From assembly GCA_031520405.1 (NCBI GenBank), contig GCA_031520405.1_4842.1: a stretch of DNA of 64,000 nt; one strand, 5' to 3'. Origin of the DNA: a phage. The notes beneath the pieces are model-generated. The model had not been told where the DNA came from and ran no database searches. It saw only the letters and a program-made list of their open reading frames with translations. Positions 45,120 through 55,261 of the stretch are shown here, piece after piece. Position numbers and translations under genes: made by a program. Numbering within the stretch: the stretch's first letter is position 1; every line of letters begins with the position of its first letter.

Positions 45120-45494
45120 ATGAGCAATTTACCACTGCTTCAAGTCGGCGATGTGTTCGTTCTCACAGAAGAAATGACCATTGAAACTCAGGTGCCTAAG
45201 CATTTCTTGTATTCTAATTGCAAGGGAGATTGGCAAACGGACTCTGGTTATATCACCCCTGAGGGATTCTTCGGTTACATGCAAGGGCATTATGTCGTTA
45301 CCAAAACAGCTCTACAAGGAGGTAGCGCTGGTCACGACCCATACCCAGACGGTCATCATGTTTGGGCACAGCATACCGAAAATGAACGCATCAGGATCTG
45401 TTTTTATCAGACAGGCAGCTTCAGAAACATGCACCGTAACGTTCCAGTAGTCGGAAAAGCCAAGGCGCAAACATGGACTTGGGAGAAATTATGA
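45120..45494 (+). CDS. hypothetical protein
   Basis: 124-aa ORF. Confidence 0.5.
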   Translation: MSNLPLLQVGDVFVLTEEMTIETQVPKHFLYSNCKGDWQTDSGYITPEGFFGYMQGHYVVTKTALQGGSAGHDPYPDGHHVWAQHTENERIRICFYQTGSFRNMHRNVPVVGKAKAQTWTWEKL

Positions 45495-45727
45495 GAATCA
45501 AAAAGATTGGAGCAAGCCCGTTGACGGGCACTATCTTCCAGGGCACTCTGAATACTAAGACCAGCATGTGGGTCGGTGAGAAGACTGATGTGACTAACGA
45601 CTGTGTAGCGGCTACGGCTGAACACATGCGCCACATCAAGAAAGACTACTGCTTCCCTACTAAAGACGGCAAGTTCCTGGTGCTGAGCGCTGAGGTTCAC
45701 GACACTCTTCCTGATCGCTTCAAATAA
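45491..45727 (+). CDS. hypothetical protein
   Basis: start at ATG 45491 after GGGAGA RBS; ATGA overlap with upstream gene. Confidence 0.45.
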   Translation: MRIKKIGASPLTGTIFQGTLNTKTSMWVGEKTDVTNDCVAATAEHMRHIKKDYCFPTKDGKFLVLSAEVHDTLPDRFK

Positions 45728-45829
45728 ATTTAAAATTTATTCAATAAACGGGGTTTACTTCTTCAATAAACCCCGTATACTTCATTCCATAAGCAGCACA
45801 ACACTGACTCTGAAATGAAGGACTACACC

Positions 45830-46126
45830 ATGAACAACATGCCAACCACCAAAACTGCTCTGGAAATCGATTCTCGCTTTATCGTTGAAGCATGGGCCAA
45901 CAGCCAAAACTCTTATGTGTATTCCCTTTATGTCGGTGACACTTATGTTTCTTGCCTCGGCATCGACGGCTCCAAGAACGAGCACGGCGTGAACGAGCGC
46001 TATACCAAAAAGCAGGCTATCGCTGATGCTACCAAATTCGCGACCGACATTCTGGGTCGCATCAATGCGGGTAAACCGTACAAACGCGGTGAAAAGGGCT
46101 ATGTCACCCAATTGCTTGGTGCTTGA
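45830..46126 (+). CDS. hypothetical protein
   Basis: start at ATG 45830 inside the GAAGGACTACACC-ATG leader motif. Confidence 0.45.
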   Translation: MNNMPTTKTALEIDSRFIVEAWANSQNSYVYSLYVGDTYVSCLGIDGSKNEHGVNERYTKKQAIADATKFATDILGRINAGKPYKRGEKGYVTQLLGA

Positions 46127-46195
46127 TTTGTTCTAAACCTTTGAACGGGGTATGTTAACCGCATACCCTATCCCCTACAAATAGAGGACTTTACC

Positions 46196-46540
46196 ATGAC
46201 AGTCGACACCAAACTGAATAATTCCGTGGAGATCCCCCACATCGTCAAATTCGAAAAGCCGAGCGAGCGTAAGCCACGCAAAACGCGCCGCCTGGTCACC
46301 AAGCTGGATCTTCTGAAACAGAAGTTCGGCGATCACAGTGTGTTCACTCGCATCCGTAACGCATTAAAGGAAGGGCGAACCGAGTTGGAGCTATATCGTC
46401 CAAACGGTTCCACTCGTGCGTATCAGACCACCGACGGCTTGCTGGAACTGATCCGCCTCTCGGGAATGAGCATAGAACCTCGTTCATCAGGGACTCCCTT
46501 GTGCAGCCTGTATGTAATCGGCAATCTTGGGGCGCTGTGA
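46196..46540 (+). CDS. hypothetical protein
   Basis: 114-aa ORF. Confidence 0.5.
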   Translation: MTVDTKLNNSVEIPHIVKFEKPSERKPRKTRRLVTKLDLLKQKFGDHSVFTRIRNALKEGRTELELYRPNGSTRAYQTTDGLLELIRLSGMSIEPRSSGTPLCSLYVIGNLGAL

Positions 46541-46545
46541 GTTCT

Positions 46546-46968
46546 ATGAAGAAGTATATCGTTCTTATAACGGGTTCCCGTTCTATAACTGAGCGGGATA
46601 AAATATTTGCCAAATTAGATGAACTCTTAATCCCTCACGAGATAGAGACGTTTATTGAAGGTGAAGCAGTAGGTGTGGATCTGATATCCCGTGATTGGTG
46701 TGAAATCAATTATGTGCATATTACACCAATGCCGATTCCTCAAAATTACCATACGTTATATGGGAAAGGTGCGGGCAATCAACGTAACAAAGATATGCTG
46801 GACAAGGCTCTAACATTGGCGAAGCAAAAAGATCTTGAGGTCTTTGGAATTGCATTATGGGATGGTTCGTCTACTGGGACGCAAGACATGATCAAGCGCA
46901 TGAAGAAAGCGGGAATAAATGTCAATATCACTCTCATGGGCAAACCCAAAACCAAACGATTGTTATAA
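46546..46968 (+). CDS. hypothetical protein (Rossmann-like; ITGSRS motif)
   Basis: start at ATG 46546; motif resemblance is weak. Confidence 0.4.
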   Translation: MKKYIVLITGSRSITERDKIFAKLDELLIPHEIETFIEGEAVGVDLISRDWCEINYVHITPMPIPQNYHTLYGKGAGNQRNKDMLDKALTLAKQKDLEVFGIALWDGSSTGTQDMIKRMKKAGINVNITLMGKPKTKRLL

Positions 46969-46998
46969 ATAAATTTGCCACCCATGAGGAGTTATACC

Positions 46999-47169
46999 AT
47001 GTTACAAATACTGTTGGTGCTTTGTGTCGCATTTACCATGTACTTCATGGCGCGCATCTGTTTTATTACTTTAGATGACATGAAGGGTATCCCACGTGAC
47101 CACAAATTCATCTTTCTGAAGAAGTTTGCCAAAAAGTTCTCAGAAAACTTTATTTATCATCTACCATGA
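46999..47169 (+). CDS. small membrane protein (single TM helix), 56 aa
   Basis: GAGGAG RBS; hydrophobic MLQILLVLCVAFTMYFMARICFI. Confidence 0.45.
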   Translation: MLQILLVLCVAFTMYFMARICFITLDDMKGIPRDHKFIFLKKFAKKFSENFIYHLP

Positions 47170-47194
47170 TTAAATACCCCCAAAATTGGGGGTA
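47170..47194 (+). promoter_or_regulatory. TTAAATAC box plus 5' hairpin (TACCCCC-AAAATT-GGGGGTA) followed by TTTTT and the ATG
   Basis: read directly; also terminator-like. Confidence 0.35.
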
Positions 47195-47199
47195 TTTTT

Positions 47200-47928
47200 A
47201 TGAACGCACAAATCTACGATGTCCTTTCCTCTGGTAACGCATTTAGCAATCCGCTTCCGTCCCTCTCCGGTCCCTCACAGGATTTAATCACCAGTGGTAG
47301 TACCAATATACCATTGATAACTGCCAACGCGACTCCGGAAATGCAGGTGGCTATGTCAGCAGGTGGATTAACACCAGATAAACTTACAGCAGCCACAAAC
47401 ATGTATAGCTCTGCCAACACGGGGATAACGACACTGAACACATATGGCGACCAGAGCATAAATGAAGCGTATTCAAGAATTGGGACTTCCGTTTCATATA
47501 AATCAGGTTTGAAAAGTATATCACGGGAACCAAACAATTGTGACCTGATCAACAAAGCATTCGGTGTTATTCAGGATCTAGGCCGCCAATGGTTAAACGC
47601 TATGGAAGGCGCTCTCCAGACTGTGACTAACAAGATATCGGAATTGTATGACATGATTATGGAAGGTGCCTCAGAAGGGATGGCAAAACTACAGCAATTG
47701 GCTGCTGAAGTAACAGGACATATCAATGAGGCAATAACCGCCGTCAATGGAGTTATAAATGATATCACCGATGGGATAGCTGCAGAACTTGCTCATATTG
47801 AAAGTATGATCAAAGAATGTCTAAACTTCTCTTTTGCGAATGTTCTTGGAGAATGGGCCAAAGATCTCTGTGCTGGAGGCGTTATTGATAAAATAGGGAC
47901 TCCAGAATTAAAAGAGTCCCTGAAATAA
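47200..47928 (+). CDS. hypothetical protein
   Basis: 242-aa ORF. Confidence 0.55.
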   Translation: MNAQIYDVLSSGNAFSNPLPSLSGPSQDLITSGSTNIPLITANATPEMQVAMSAGGLTPDKLTAATNMYSSANTGITTLNTYGDQSINEAYSRIGTSVSYKSGLKSISREPNNCDLINKAFGVIQDLGRQWLNAMEGALQTVTNKISELYDMIMEGASEGMAKLQQLAAEVTGHINEAITAVNGVINDITDGIAAELAHIESMIKECLNFSFANVLGEWAKDLCAGGVIDKIGTPELKESLK

Positions 47929-48549
47929 TCAATGTCTAGCGGGGAGAACTCCCACTGGTTCGATACCTTCCATCACCAGGGAGTTCACCCCAACATCACT
48001 CATTCGAATCCATACTTTACCGCCTGGTCTTATTTCATAGATGTTCATTTCATTACCCACAGCAGATCCATTAACGAAAACACCCTGAGTGGCAATTCGG
48101 ATCGGAGATTTGGTGTTATTAACTATCTGAAATGATATTGCAACGTCTCTGGTGATTTCTACGTCCCTTGCTTGAGTATTCCTTCTGAGTTTGTCAAAGA
48201 AAGAAGGGTTGAAAGTCGCTATGATGCTATTATTCTGAGAGTAATAAATACTTGCGGATAGATATGGGATCTTTCCTTCGTCACCTTTCCTCAATAGGGG
48301 AATCGTGGTTTTCCAGTATGGTCTCAGTGACTGGTTGTTATCATCAAAACAACCAACAGCTTGAAGAGTCTGGAAGTTCTGAAAATCAGATACTACTTGA
48401 TTCAGAATATTTTTATTGCATTTATCAATGTCGGCTGAGATGTTAACAGGTATGGTTCTGATTTCAGGATCCCAGAGGTCGGTTACAGAAATGACGGACG
48501 TGACAAAGATACGGCAACTTGTGAGTGCAAGCACCATTATCATCGTCAT
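47929..48549 (-). CDS. predicted lipoprotein or secreted protein encoded antisense to the surrounding cluster (start codon uncertain)
   Basis: minus-strand ORF; N-terminal MTMIMVLALTSC resembles a short signal peptide with lipobox LTSC. Confidence 0.45.
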   Translation of the reverse strand: MTMIMVLALTSCRIFVTSVISVTDLWDPEIRTIPVNISADIDKCNKNILNQVVSDFQNFQTLQAVGCFDDNNQSLRPYWKTTIPLLRKGDEGKIPYLSASIYYSQNNSIIATFNPSFFDKLRRNTQARDVEITRDVAISFQIVNNTKSPIRIATQGVFVNGSAVGNEMNIYEIRPGGKVWIRMSDVGVNSLVMEGIEPVGVLPARH

Positions 48550-48612
48550 GATCCATTTTCTGAATCCGCGTGTCAGGAACACTAAAACGTTCTCCACAGC
48601 AAAGGTGCTAAC

Positions 48613-49110
48613 ATGACAGGTGTACAATTCAAAAACGAAAATCCTAATTTCGCGGCTTCCGATAAATGGCGCTTAACTATCGGAGACCTGATATTGCTTA
48701 CTCGTTCAATACATGACTTCAGTATTCCTGGAGTGTATTCTGAAGGTATCGAGGGTCCATCCCCTGGCGATGTGCTCAACTCCATACCTTCAGAACGTCT
48801 CACGTATGACCCCATCGTATTTACGTTCGTTATCGATGAGAGTTGGTACAACTGGGAACAGATTTACAATTGGATTGCGTCTAATGCTGGATCTGATTTA
48901 GCTGTTAGCCGCGACATCACCATCGACCTTCTTGATAACATGAATCGACCTATTGGTCTACAATTGTTGTTGGAAGAAGCCCGTCCCACAGCTTTGGATA
49001 ACGTATTGGTGGATGTGGATGCTGCGGTTCCCCAACTGGTCACGACTGTTACGTTCAAATATTTGAAACTGACTCCGACTCGCGTCACCCGCGAAATTGA
49101 TAAACAATAA
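48613..49110 (+). CDS. hypothetical protein
   Basis: 165-aa ORF. Confidence 0.5.
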   Translation: MTGVQFKNENPNFAASDKWRLTIGDLILLTRSIHDFSIPGVYSEGIEGPSPGDVLNSIPSERLTYDPIVFTFVIDESWYNWEQIYNWIASNAGSDLAVSRDITIDLLDNMNRPIGLQLLLEEARPTALDNVLVDVDAAVPQLVTTVTFKYLKLTPTRVTREIDKQ

Positions 49111-49148
49111 GTTATAATACAGAGAGTTGAAACAGCAGGGAATAAATC

Positions 49149-49604
49149 ATGAGCGAAACAAAACTTGAAACGATGAAAACCGAAGATATAATGGCAGAAT
49201 TGGAACCTCTTATTTCGGTAAATCCTGAAGACATGAACTTGGACCAAATGTCATTGAAAATTGGTCGTTCGTGGATGACTGTGCAACGCCATTATATTCG
49301 TGAAGGAAGATATCTGGAGTATCTAACTGGCAAATTCCGCCAAATAGATCTCTATTTACGCCGATTTTATGCAGGGGAATTGCCGCCCAACGTTTATGTT
49401 GAACGCCCATTAAAAGTTCGACCCCTGAAATCTGATATAGATGTATGGGTAAAAGCAGATGATGATTATATCGAATTGTCTAGCATGCTTCAAGAGCAGA
49501 AAGCCAAAGTCAAGTTCATCGAAAGTTGCTTAGATCGTTTGAACAAACTCGGATATGAAGTGAAGAATGCTATTGATTGGCGAAAATATTTGGATGGGAT
49601 GTAA
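49149..49604 (+). CDS. hypothetical protein
   Basis: 151-aa ORF. Confidence 0.5.
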   Translation: MSETKLETMKTEDIMAELEPLISVNPEDMNLDQMSLKIGRSWMTVQRHYIREGRYLEYLTGKFRQIDLYLRRFYAGELPPNVYVERPLKVRPLKSDIDVWVKADDDYIELSSMLQEQKAKVKFIESCLDRLNKLGYEVKNAIDWRKYLDGM

Positions 49605-50350
49605 TGGTTTCTCTACAGGCTTTGCGCAAACTTAATGACTTTGAAAATCGTCATCATACATTTCAGCAATATTCCTTGCCGTTTAAGGAACTGACTTGCG
49701 TAACTACCGAAAATGGTCGTCACTATGTTTCTCCCACTGGAGTCAAACTGACTTCAGTGACGACCATGTTAGGGCGTACTGGTGACCACACATGGTTAGA
49801 AGCCTGGCGGGACAAGTTGGGGCATGAAGCTGCTGATATAGAAACGCATCGTTGCGCAGACCGTGGGGAAAAACTTCATTTGGCTTGTGAGTTGTATCTC
49901 AAAAACAGACCAATGAAAGAAGTTCTGGAAGCTGCAGGGGAATACGTGTTTATGTTCAAACAGGTTTTCCCCTACCTTAACAAAATGAGCAAGATATATG
50001 CACAAGAGATTCCATTATATAGCGAAGTCCTGGGTCTTGCTGGTCGTGTTGACCTCATCGGGGTTTACGAAGGAATTCCAAGCATAATCGATTTCAAAAC
50101 ATCCAACACCCTAAAAACTCGAAGCATGATAGAAGATTATAGTATTCAATTGTGTCTATACTCAGTCATGTTTCAACAAATGTTTAATGTCAAGATAGAG
50201 CGTTTAATCAATATTATATCCAACGAAAATGCCCTTGTTCCCACCATAATCGAATTCGATCGCAAAGACGTTATTTCTAAAATGTTTGACCGTGTCCGTC
50301 TGTATCACAAAATGGACAAAGAACAGAAAGGAATCTGGGCGGATCGCTAA
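49604..50350 (+). CDS. putative PD-(D/E)xK family nuclease
   Basis: TAATG stop-start overlap; motif GRVDLIGV...IIDFKTS fits the D...(D/E)xK pattern. Confidence 0.45.
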   Translation: MVSLQALRKLNDFENRHHTFQQYSLPFKELTCVTTENGRHYVSPTGVKLTSVTTMLGRTGDHTWLEAWRDKLGHEAADIETHRCADRGEKLHLACELYLKNRPMKEVLEAAGEYVFMFKQVFPYLNKMSKIYAQEIPLYSEVLGLAGRVDLIGVYEGIPSIIDFKTSNTLKTRSMIEDYSIQLCLYSVMFQQMFNVKIERLINIISNENALVPTIIEFDRKDVISKMFDRVRLYHKMDKEQKGIWADR

Positions 50351-50354
50351 ATAC
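50347..50354 (+). promoter_or_regulatory. CTAAATAC late-promoter-like box
   Basis: followed by CTCCATAATATTGG, similar to the tailspike upstream copies. Confidence 0.3.
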
Positions 50355-50376
50355 TCCATAATATTGGGGGAAATTA

Positions 50377-51879
50377 GTGATGTCTGAGATCCAAATAGTC
50401 AAAGTGAACGAAGTTAGAATGCGGATCCTTGCCGAGGATTATATCCGTGAAGAACTCAACGATTACTTCAAATTTGAAGATCCTAATTTCCAACCGAATC
50501 CGTTCAGTAAATGGGACGGCGTAGTGCGGTTGTTCACAAAGAGTTCTGGGCTTATCGACATCGGCCTGTTATTTGAGGTGTTCAAATTCTGTAAGATGAA
50601 CGGTTACACCATCAAATTAGATCCGGCCTTAAAATATATTCAAGATATTCCGGATGAAGAAATTCATGCGTTCATCGATACATTGAATGCGGTGTACCGA
50701 GACGAAAACAAACAATATCAAAAAGCGATTGTCCGCGATTATCAATTTGATTCTGTTGCCACAGCAATACGCCAAAGCAGATGTGTCCTCGAAGCTGCCA
50801 CGAGTGCTGGCAAATCCTTTATTTTGTACATCATGGCGCGTTACTACAGGCAACGCAGAGATGCCCTCGAAAGTAATCTGAGGACGTTAATCGTTGTACC
50901 ATCCATTCATTTGGTGACTCAGTTGTATGACAACTTCGAAGAATATAGCCACGGGACAGAATGGAAACCATTGATGAATGTCCAGACAATATACGAAGGG
51001 GCAACGAAAGAGATTTTCAAACCCATAGTTATTTCAACTTGGCAAGGTATCCAGAACCAACCCAAAGAGTGGTTCCATCAATTTGGAGATATCGTCGTCG
51101 ACGAAGTACATACATCAAAATCAGATAAATTGTCTTACATCTTGAATAACTGTATTAACGCTGATCAACGTTTGGGAGTAACCGGAACCCTGGCGAATAC
51201 AAAGGTCGCAGGGTTACAAGTCGTTGCTCACTTTGGCGCATATCATAAAATTATTACAGCGCGCGATTTAATCGATCTAGGATATGCGGCAGACATCAAT
51301 GTTAATATGATTGAAGTCATACATCCTATGGCAGACTGTATTGAAATGCACGGTGCTGAGTATCAAAAGGAAATAGAATTCCTCATTGCTAACGAACGCC
51401 GCAATGAATTGATAGCTCGAATGGCTCTATCTTTGAAAGGGAACGTCGCAGTAATGTTCGAACGTATCGATGCACACATGATGTTGGTTTATGAAATGCT
51501 ATCGACAGTCAAGAAAAACGTATTCGTCATCAACGGGGAAGTCAAGACAGAAGTTCGTAAACAGATTCAGGCTGCTATGGAAGAAGGTGAAGATATAACA
51601 CTGTTGGCTTCATACGGTACTATGCAACAGGGCGTATCTATCAAAAAACTCCATCATCTGATATTGGCCCATCCCAGCAAATCTTATATCCGTGTTATAC
51701 AGACATTGGGGCGTTTGATGCGTCAGCATTCCTCTAAGGATGTTGCGCGAATCTGGGACCTGGTAGACAACCTGCGTTACAACGGTTCCTACAACCATGC
51801 TCTCAGGCATTCTCATGAGAGATATAAATTTTATCTTATGGAGCGCCACCCTGTTAAAATGAAAAAAGTGGCGCTCTAA
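50377..51879 (+). CDS. uvsW: SF2 helicase, T4 UvsW-like
   Basis: 500 aa; Walker A EAATSAGKS, DExH box VVDEVH, motif III VTGT, motif VI QTLGRLMR. Confidence 0.7.
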   Translation: MMSEIQIVKVNEVRMRILAEDYIREELNDYFKFEDPNFQPNPFSKWDGVVRLFTKSSGLIDIGLLFEVFKFCKMNGYTIKLDPALKYIQDIPDEEIHAFIDTLNAVYRDENKQYQKAIVRDYQFDSVATAIRQSRCVLEAATSAGKSFILYIMARYYRQRRDALESNLRTLIVVPSIHLVTQLYDNFEEYSHGTEWKPLMNVQTIYEGATKEIFKPIVISTWQGIQNQPKEWFHQFGDIVVDEVHTSKSDKLSYILNNCINADQRLGVTGTLANTKVAGLQVVAHFGAYHKIITARDLIDLGYAADINVNMIEVIHPMADCIEMHGAEYQKEIEFLIANERRNELIARMALSLKGNVAVMFERIDAHMMLVYEMLSTVKKNVFVINGEVKTEVRKQIQAAMEEGEDITLLASYGTMQQGVSIKKLHHLILAHPSKSYIRVIQTLGRLMRQHSSKDVARIWDLVDNLRYNGSYNHALRHSHERYKFYLMERHPVKMKKVAL

Positions 51880-51884
51880 CTATT

Positions 51885-52250
51885 TCAAAGATCTTGGTTC
51901 ACATAGGCGGGGGTTGCCTCGCCTTCTTTGTTGGAACCAAATAAACAGTCGATCGTGCCAATACATTGTTGTAGCACTTTCGGCTCAAGAATCTGAGAAA
52001 ACAATTCTTCATTAGATGCCAGCAATGGAACAACTTTCACTTCCCGCGCCTGGCCTTGTTGAATAATGCCAACATACAGACCTTTGTTATTTGGGAGTAA
52101 TGGTATCACCATCATCGGTGTCACAACAAACCCCGATGTACAGAAAAGGCTTTGTAAATAAACGCCTTTTAATGACGAACGTTGTTCTGATATGGAAAGA
52201 ATTGCTTCTTGGTCTTCCCCTACTGCGTATAAACCAACAAATTGCTTCAT
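51885..52250 (-). CDS. hypothetical protein
   Basis: 121-aa minus-strand ORF between uvsW and the clamp gene. Confidence 0.4.
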   Translation of the reverse strand: MKQFVGLYAVGEDQEAILSISEQRSSLKGVYLQSLFCTSGFVVTPMMVIPLLPNNKGLYVGIIQQGQAREVKVVPLLASNEELFSQILEPKVLQQCIGTIDCLFGSNKEGEATPAYVNQDL

Positions 52251-52588
52251 ATGTATTTCTCGCGTGTTAGCAAACTTGGCTACATAATAATGTCATGCTC
52301 TGTTTAGACCAAATAAAATATTTTAATTGTTGAATAAAAATCGCTTTCTTGTTGAACAATCCGTGCGTAATATACGAGTTGTGAGCTTTGCGAGCAACGA
52401 GTATTATCACGAGCGAAGCGAGTAGACTGATAAAGAAAGGTTTTATTAAAACAGAATATTATAAATGCCGTCAGGCATTTATTTATCGCGCGTAGGGCAA
52501 TTTATCACTTGTTCTATAACTACAAACACGCGATACTAATTTGCGTCAAATATGACTTGAACCCCACTATATTTTGAGGATACAACTA
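52251..52588. promoter_or_regulatory. AT-rich divergent intergenic control region
   Basis: 338 bp without ORFs, AT-rich, contains hairpin AAATGCC-GTCA-GGCATTT and TTGAAC-type hexamers. Confidence 0.3.
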
Positions 52589-53257
52589 ATGCAAGAGATC
52601 ACTCTCTCCGAACGCACTTTACAACTGCTGGCTAACTTTGAAACCATCTGCCCCTCTATCGTTCTGGCACCTGGTAAAAAGTTGCGCACTGTTAACGATT
52701 CCAGTACAGTTATCGCTATTGCCGACATTGACGAAGACTTCCCGTTCGAATTCCCGATTCTGGATCTGACCAAATTGCTGGCAATCCAGCGTCTGCCGAG
52801 TTTTAAAGGCGGTAAAATTGAAATGTCGGAAGACCACATTTTGCTGAAAGGTGAAAACTCCCAACTGCAATTCTGGCGTTCCGCTAAAGAACTGACTGTC
52901 GTTCCAGCAGACAGCATCGATCTTCCGTCTGTAGAATTTGAAGCAACAGTCACTCCTGAAAAAATGAAAGAGCTGACTCGCGCCTGTTCTACTCTGGGCC
53001 ACAAAACTGTACGCCTGGTGGCCAGCGGCGGTAAAACTCGTCTGGTGGGCACGACCACTACTATCGACAATTCCAACGATTACACTGTTGAGTTGGGTGA
53101 AACAACTCTGGGTGATTTTGCTATGCCTGTTGATGTGGTCAACCTGAAAATGATCGAAGGCAACTATGTGATCCGCGCCTGTGCCGAAATGCAACTGGTT
53201 AACTTCCAATCCGCAGATGGCACCATCAACTATTACGTCGGCATGCAGCTGGATTAA
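52589..53257 (+). CDS. gp45: sliding clamp, T4 gp45-like
   Basis: 222 aa from ATG 52589 (TGAGGA RBS); N-terminal LQLLANFETICPSIVL resembles gp45 TALLKNFATINSGIML; precedes clamp-loader genes. Confidence 0.7.
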   Translation: MQEITLSERTLQLLANFETICPSIVLAPGKKLRTVNDSSTVIAIADIDEDFPFEFPILDLTKLLAIQRLPSFKGGKIEMSEDHILLKGENSQLQFWRSAKELTVVPADSIDLPSVEFEATVTPEKMKELTRACSTLGHKTVRLVASGGKTRLVGTTTTIDNSNDYTVELGETTLGDFAMPVDVVNLKMIEGNYVIRACAEMQLVNFQSADGTINYYVGMQLD

Positions 53258-53334
53258 TCAATAACGATTCGGCGCTTTATTATCGGTGGCGGGGTTTCCC
53301 CGCCCTTTGAAACGTTTTATCTAAAGAGGCTGCA

Positions 53335-54324
53335 ATGTCTAACATCACTATCGTCACAGATCAATACGCGTGGGAAAACAAATATCGCCCTGACAATCTG
53401 GATGAGATCGTCCTCCCTTCAGACGTCCGTGCAAAAATCCATGGCTATGTTACATCAGGCAATGGAAACATCCCCTCAATGCTGTTCTATTCCCCTCAGC
53501 CTGGTACGGGCAAGACTACTTCTGCTCTGGCTGTTTGCAACGAAATCGGTTGTATCAAACCGTTGATGATCAATGCGTCACTGGATAACAGCATTGATGT
53601 CATCCGTGACCGTGTTATTCAATACGCAACTGGCGTCAGTGTTTTCGGTGGCCGCAAAGTCGTTATCCTCGATGAAGTTGAGCGACTTTCCATGGCGGCG
53701 CAGGAATCCCTGAAAGGCATCGTAGAGAAAGTCTCAAAAAACTGCTCCTTCATCCTGACGACTAATGCGAAACAGCGCGTTAACGAACCTCTGCGTTCCC
53801 GCTGTCGTGAAATTGATTTTATCTGGTCTGAAAAGGAAGCAGATGAAGTTAAACTTCAATTCATGCGTCGTTGCGCAACTATCCTGACAGAGGAAGGCAT
53901 TCCGTATGAAGCTGGTGTAATTGCTTCCATTGTGAAATCATATTTCCCAGATAATCGCAAAATTATGGGAACTCTTCAGGATAATGCCACCACGTTTGGT
54001 AAAATCGATGAACGCGCTCTGGCACAGGTTAAAGCAGGGGAATTCCAAGCGTTGGTGGATTTCCTAAAAACCAATGATTGGGCTGGGATGAAGCAGTGGG
54101 TGACCGACAACCAAAACTACATCACTGAAGATTTTTATTCCCGTTTCTTCCATTTCTGCGTTCCCCAGAACAAGGAAAAGACTCCTTTGATTCAAAACGA
54201 GTCAATCCCTGATCTGGTATGCGTCTGTGGTCAGTCTCAGATTGAACATCGTTCCGTCGGCGACGTCTGGTTACACGGCGTTTACTTCTTGACTAACGTC
54301 ATGCTCAACATCAAATGGAAGTAA
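53335..54324 (+). CDS. gp44: clamp loader large subunit, T4 gp44-like AAA+ ATPase
   Basis: Walker A PQPGTGKTT, Walker B ILDEVE, sensor SRC motif. Confidence 0.8.
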   Translation: MSNITIVTDQYAWENKYRPDNLDEIVLPSDVRAKIHGYVTSGNGNIPSMLFYSPQPGTGKTTSALAVCNEIGCIKPLMINASLDNSIDVIRDRVIQYATGVSVFGGRKVVILDEVERLSMAAQESLKGIVEKVSKNCSFILTTNAKQRVNEPLRSRCREIDFIWSEKEADEVKLQFMRRCATILTEEGIPYEAGVIASIVKSYFPDNRKIMGTLQDNATTFGKIDERALAQVKAGEFQALVDFLKTNDWAGMKQWVTDNQNYITEDFYSRFFHFCVPQNKEKTPLIQNESIPDLVCVCGQSQIEHRSVGDVWLHGVYFLTNVMLNIKWK

Positions 54325-54328
54325 TATT

Positions 54329-54751
54329 ATGGCCGCTCCGTCACTGTTCGATTACCTCGGTGCGTTGAATAGCACCAAAGAGAATCTGTTGATGACCGAA
54401 GACCCCGAAATCAGAAAGGCATTTGATCCTTTCATGACTCGGCGCGGCCTTGCTCAGAGTAAAGACACGCTTGTGGTTGCCGAACAAATGAACCGCTTCC
54501 ATGCCATTACTCCTTGGATGCAATGGAACCTGGCGTTTCATAGCATTCCGGCAAAACGTCGCTATGACAAGTGGTCTAAGAAGGGAGCTATGGATCCTGA
54601 TGTGAAATTGATTTCTGAGTATTATTACATCAGTCCTGAAAAGGCTTCAGAATATGTTCGATTCCTGCCGAAAGAAGTCCTGGCTGAAATCAAGGCGAAG
54701 GTCGAACGTTCCAACAGCAACGAAAAAGCCAAACCGCGCAAGGCTAAGTAA
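54329..54751 (+). CDS. gp62: clamp loader small subunit, gp62-like (by position)
   Basis: 140-aa ORF immediately downstream of gp44. Confidence 0.5.
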   Translation: MAAPSLFDYLGALNSTKENLLMTEDPEIRKAFDPFMTRRGLAQSKDTLVVAEQMNRFHAITPWMQWNLAFHSIPAKRRYDKWSKKGAMDPDVKLISEYYYISPEKASEYVRFLPKEVLAEIKAKVERSNSNEKAKPRKAK

Positions 54752-54849
54752 TTCAAATAATTGTTAAAGGGGTATGAGTCATGGCGCGTAATACGCTGGA
54801 CATCTTAAAACTTTCAGCTGTCAACGATGAGGCCAGCATTGTTGACTGT

Positions 54850-55245
54850 ATGGTTGAAGTCCAATTGAACCAAGACAAACCAGGGATTTTCCTGGGTATC
54901 AAGGAAACGCTGAGTCGGATAGGGGTTAACACTCGTCAAGAGCCTAACACCTTGTATCAAACGTGCCATATCCTGCATAAATTTGGCAGATATCACATCG
55001 TGCATTTCAAGCATTTGTTCATGCTAGATGGGCACTACAACGGCTTTACGCGTGAAGATGTCCTGCGTATGAATCGGATTATACGGCTTCTGGAGCAATG
55101 GAATATGGTTAAGATCTTGCATCCGGAACAAATAACCGAAGTGGCTGACATGTCTCGGATCAAAGTTGTAAAACATGACCAAGTTTCTGAGTGGAAATTG
55201 GTTCCAAAATACACTATTCGCCCAAGTCGGGCAAAAAGCGAATAA
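54850..55245 (+). CDS. regA: translational repressor RegA
   Basis: LYQTCHILHKFGRYHIVHFKH and EWKLVPKYTI match remembered T4 RegA LYQSCHILQKKGLYYIVHFKE and EWKLVPKYTI; start placed at internal ATG 54850. Confidence 0.8.
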   Translation: MVEVQLNQDKPGIFLGIKETLSRIGVNTRQEPNTLYQTCHILHKFGRYHIVHFKHLFMLDGHYNGFTREDVLRMNRIIRLLEQWNMVKILHPEQITEVADMSRIKVVKHDQVSEWKLVPKYTIRPSRAKSE

Positions 55246-55261
55246 CTGGAGTCGCTATATT

